A program made the position numbers and the translations under genes. 64,000 bases of DNA from Camelus dromedarius (Eukaryota), in NCBI RefSeq assembly GCF_036321535.1, contig NC_087462.1:682001-746000 (forward strand), given 5' to 3'. The notes below the pieces were generated by a model. That model made no database searches and had not been told where the DNA came from. It worked only from the letters and a program-made list of their open reading frames with translations. Shown here piece after piece: positions 62,288 to 64,000 of the stretch (position 1 is the first letter of the stretch; the number at the start of each line of letters is the position of its first letter).

Positions 62288-64000
62288 TCTAGATCCTAGG
62301 CTGGCAGGTCGCCATGGGAGGAGGGGTCCGTGTCCAGGCCCTGGGGCTGGGAGCTTGGAAAGTGAGGATGGAGGAGGGAGGGTGGGAAGGAAGAAGGGAG
62401 GAGGCTGGGGAGGAGGAAGAATGCAGGAGATGTGGAGAAGGACTGGGAGGAGGGAAGGGAAATTTCAGGGACGGCACCTGGTTGGCCTAGCGCCGGCCTG
62501 GCAGTGGAAGTAGCAGGAATCTTAGGTCCGGGCTGAGGTTACAGGGCCTGACTGGACACTGGACCCTGAATACAAGAGTGAGAATTTTAATTTATCATTA
62601 AGAGAGGGACCCATTTGTTTATTCTCAGTGACGGCCTGGGTGTCTCTCCTTGAGATCCCCCCCAGGTGCCAGCCAGGCTACTGCAGATGCTCCCCACTCC
62701 TGGTGGGGACTCACCCCAGGCCGCACTCTGACCGGGCTCCGTGCAGCCCCAGACCCGCCAAGGCCCTGTGCCTGCCCTGGCGACCCCTGCCCGCCTCCTG
62801 AGGAAGGCTGGAGCCACAGCAGACTGTGGGTTTGGTCCAGTTTTTTCTGTCATATGAGAAATTTCTCCCAGCATATTTTTAGCTTCCTCCAAGGTGCTAT
62901 GGCCTTTGAAGGTTGAGGGGTGCTAGACGATTATTCCCAGCCCTGGGGGTTCACTTTGTGGGCTGGTGCGGCCGGCAGCGGGTGATTGGTGATGGGGGTT
63001 GGCGGGCATGGGGTTCTGGGTGCTGGGTCAGCAGTCAGTGGGCAGGAGGCCGTAGGTACTAGGCCAGGGGTGCTGGGCAGGTCCTCAAGTCTGGGGCAGA
63101 CCCTTGAGCCCAGGAATGCATGGTGGACGAGGACAGACCCCCACCAGAGACCCTGTCCTGGGTCTGGGCCTGGGACTGACAGTTGACCCTGAGTGAACCT
63201 TGAAACCAAGACTGACCCCTGTCCCCAAAGTAAACCTGACCTTTGACCCCAGACTCCAGTAGAAGCTTATGCCAGAAAGACCCCTGACCTCAGCTGACCC
63301 TTTGCCGGCCGAGCCTGGAAGCCGGGACAGCCAGTTCTGCGAAGGGACAGAGACTCTAGGGCTCCCCAGCCGCCCCACCGGGAGGGGGTCCCCAAGGGCA
63401 GCTGGGCAGCTGGTCCTACATCCCCACTCCCGCCATGCCCTGGGCCAGGCCGCGTTGCCAACCTGCCCTCCCCTCCCAGGGACCCCTCCTCTGGGAGCGG
63501 CCGGCGGGCGCAGGGAGGTTGAATGGGGGACGTGTGCCTTTGTTCCTGTCCCTGCTCTGGCTCTGACCTTGAGAGAGAGACAAGAACAGAAGGAAAACGG
63601 AGCTTCTGCTCAAATCCGCGCAGCGGCAGCGGCTCTCGCCTCGGTGGCCCCTGCATGCAAATGAGCCGACCCATCCAGGCCTTTGCTGGGGCCTCCACTT
63701 GCCCCATATGCCCTTCTGGCTCCCTACCTGCCCAAGTCTCAGTCCTGCCAGGTGTGGCAGAGGAGGCCCCCACCCACCTGTGAGGTCCCATGACGTGGGA
63801 GGGTGTCTGGGGCAGAGAGATAACAGGAGACCCCCTTTGTGGGTCAGGACACCAGGCTGGGCCAGGCCTGGCTCCTGGGGCTCTCAGCCCCTCTTCCCAC
63901 GCTTGAATCCCACGCCTCTGCTTGGAGGACACCAGTCCAGGAGTAGCCTCCCCATCTCTCCCCAAAGAGCCAGCCAGCCAGCCGGGGCCGAGCCTGGCCT

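Overview
GC-rich mammalian genomic DNA, not prokaryotic. It is syntenic with the human 19p13.3 cluster: STK11/LKB1 (+, exons 2-10; exon 1 lies upstream of the window), CBARP (-), ATP5F1D (+), MIDN (+), CIRBP (+) and FAM174C (+), followed by about 5 kb of intergenic DNA that in human leads to EFNA2. I traced the coding exons by hand with consistent splice phases; one 133-nt N gap hides part of CBARP exon 7. I saw no Alu, B1/B2 or other young lineage SINEs, only old L1M, L2, MIR and hAT MITE remnants, so the species is probably neither primate nor rodent but cannot be named. I found no tRNA, rRNA or CRISPR array and no new protein-coding gene; the long extra ORFs look like GC artefacts. The best leads are RNA-processing switches: a CIRBP alternative last-exon/NMD module, MIDN splice-dependent uORF logic and inserts in its Catch domain, several CBARP alternative exons and ends, and the STK11 AT-AC minor intron. 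Two GC-shifted homogenised L1 copies and candidate enhancers near the right end are also notable. Comparisons with human sequences are from memory and need checking by alignment.
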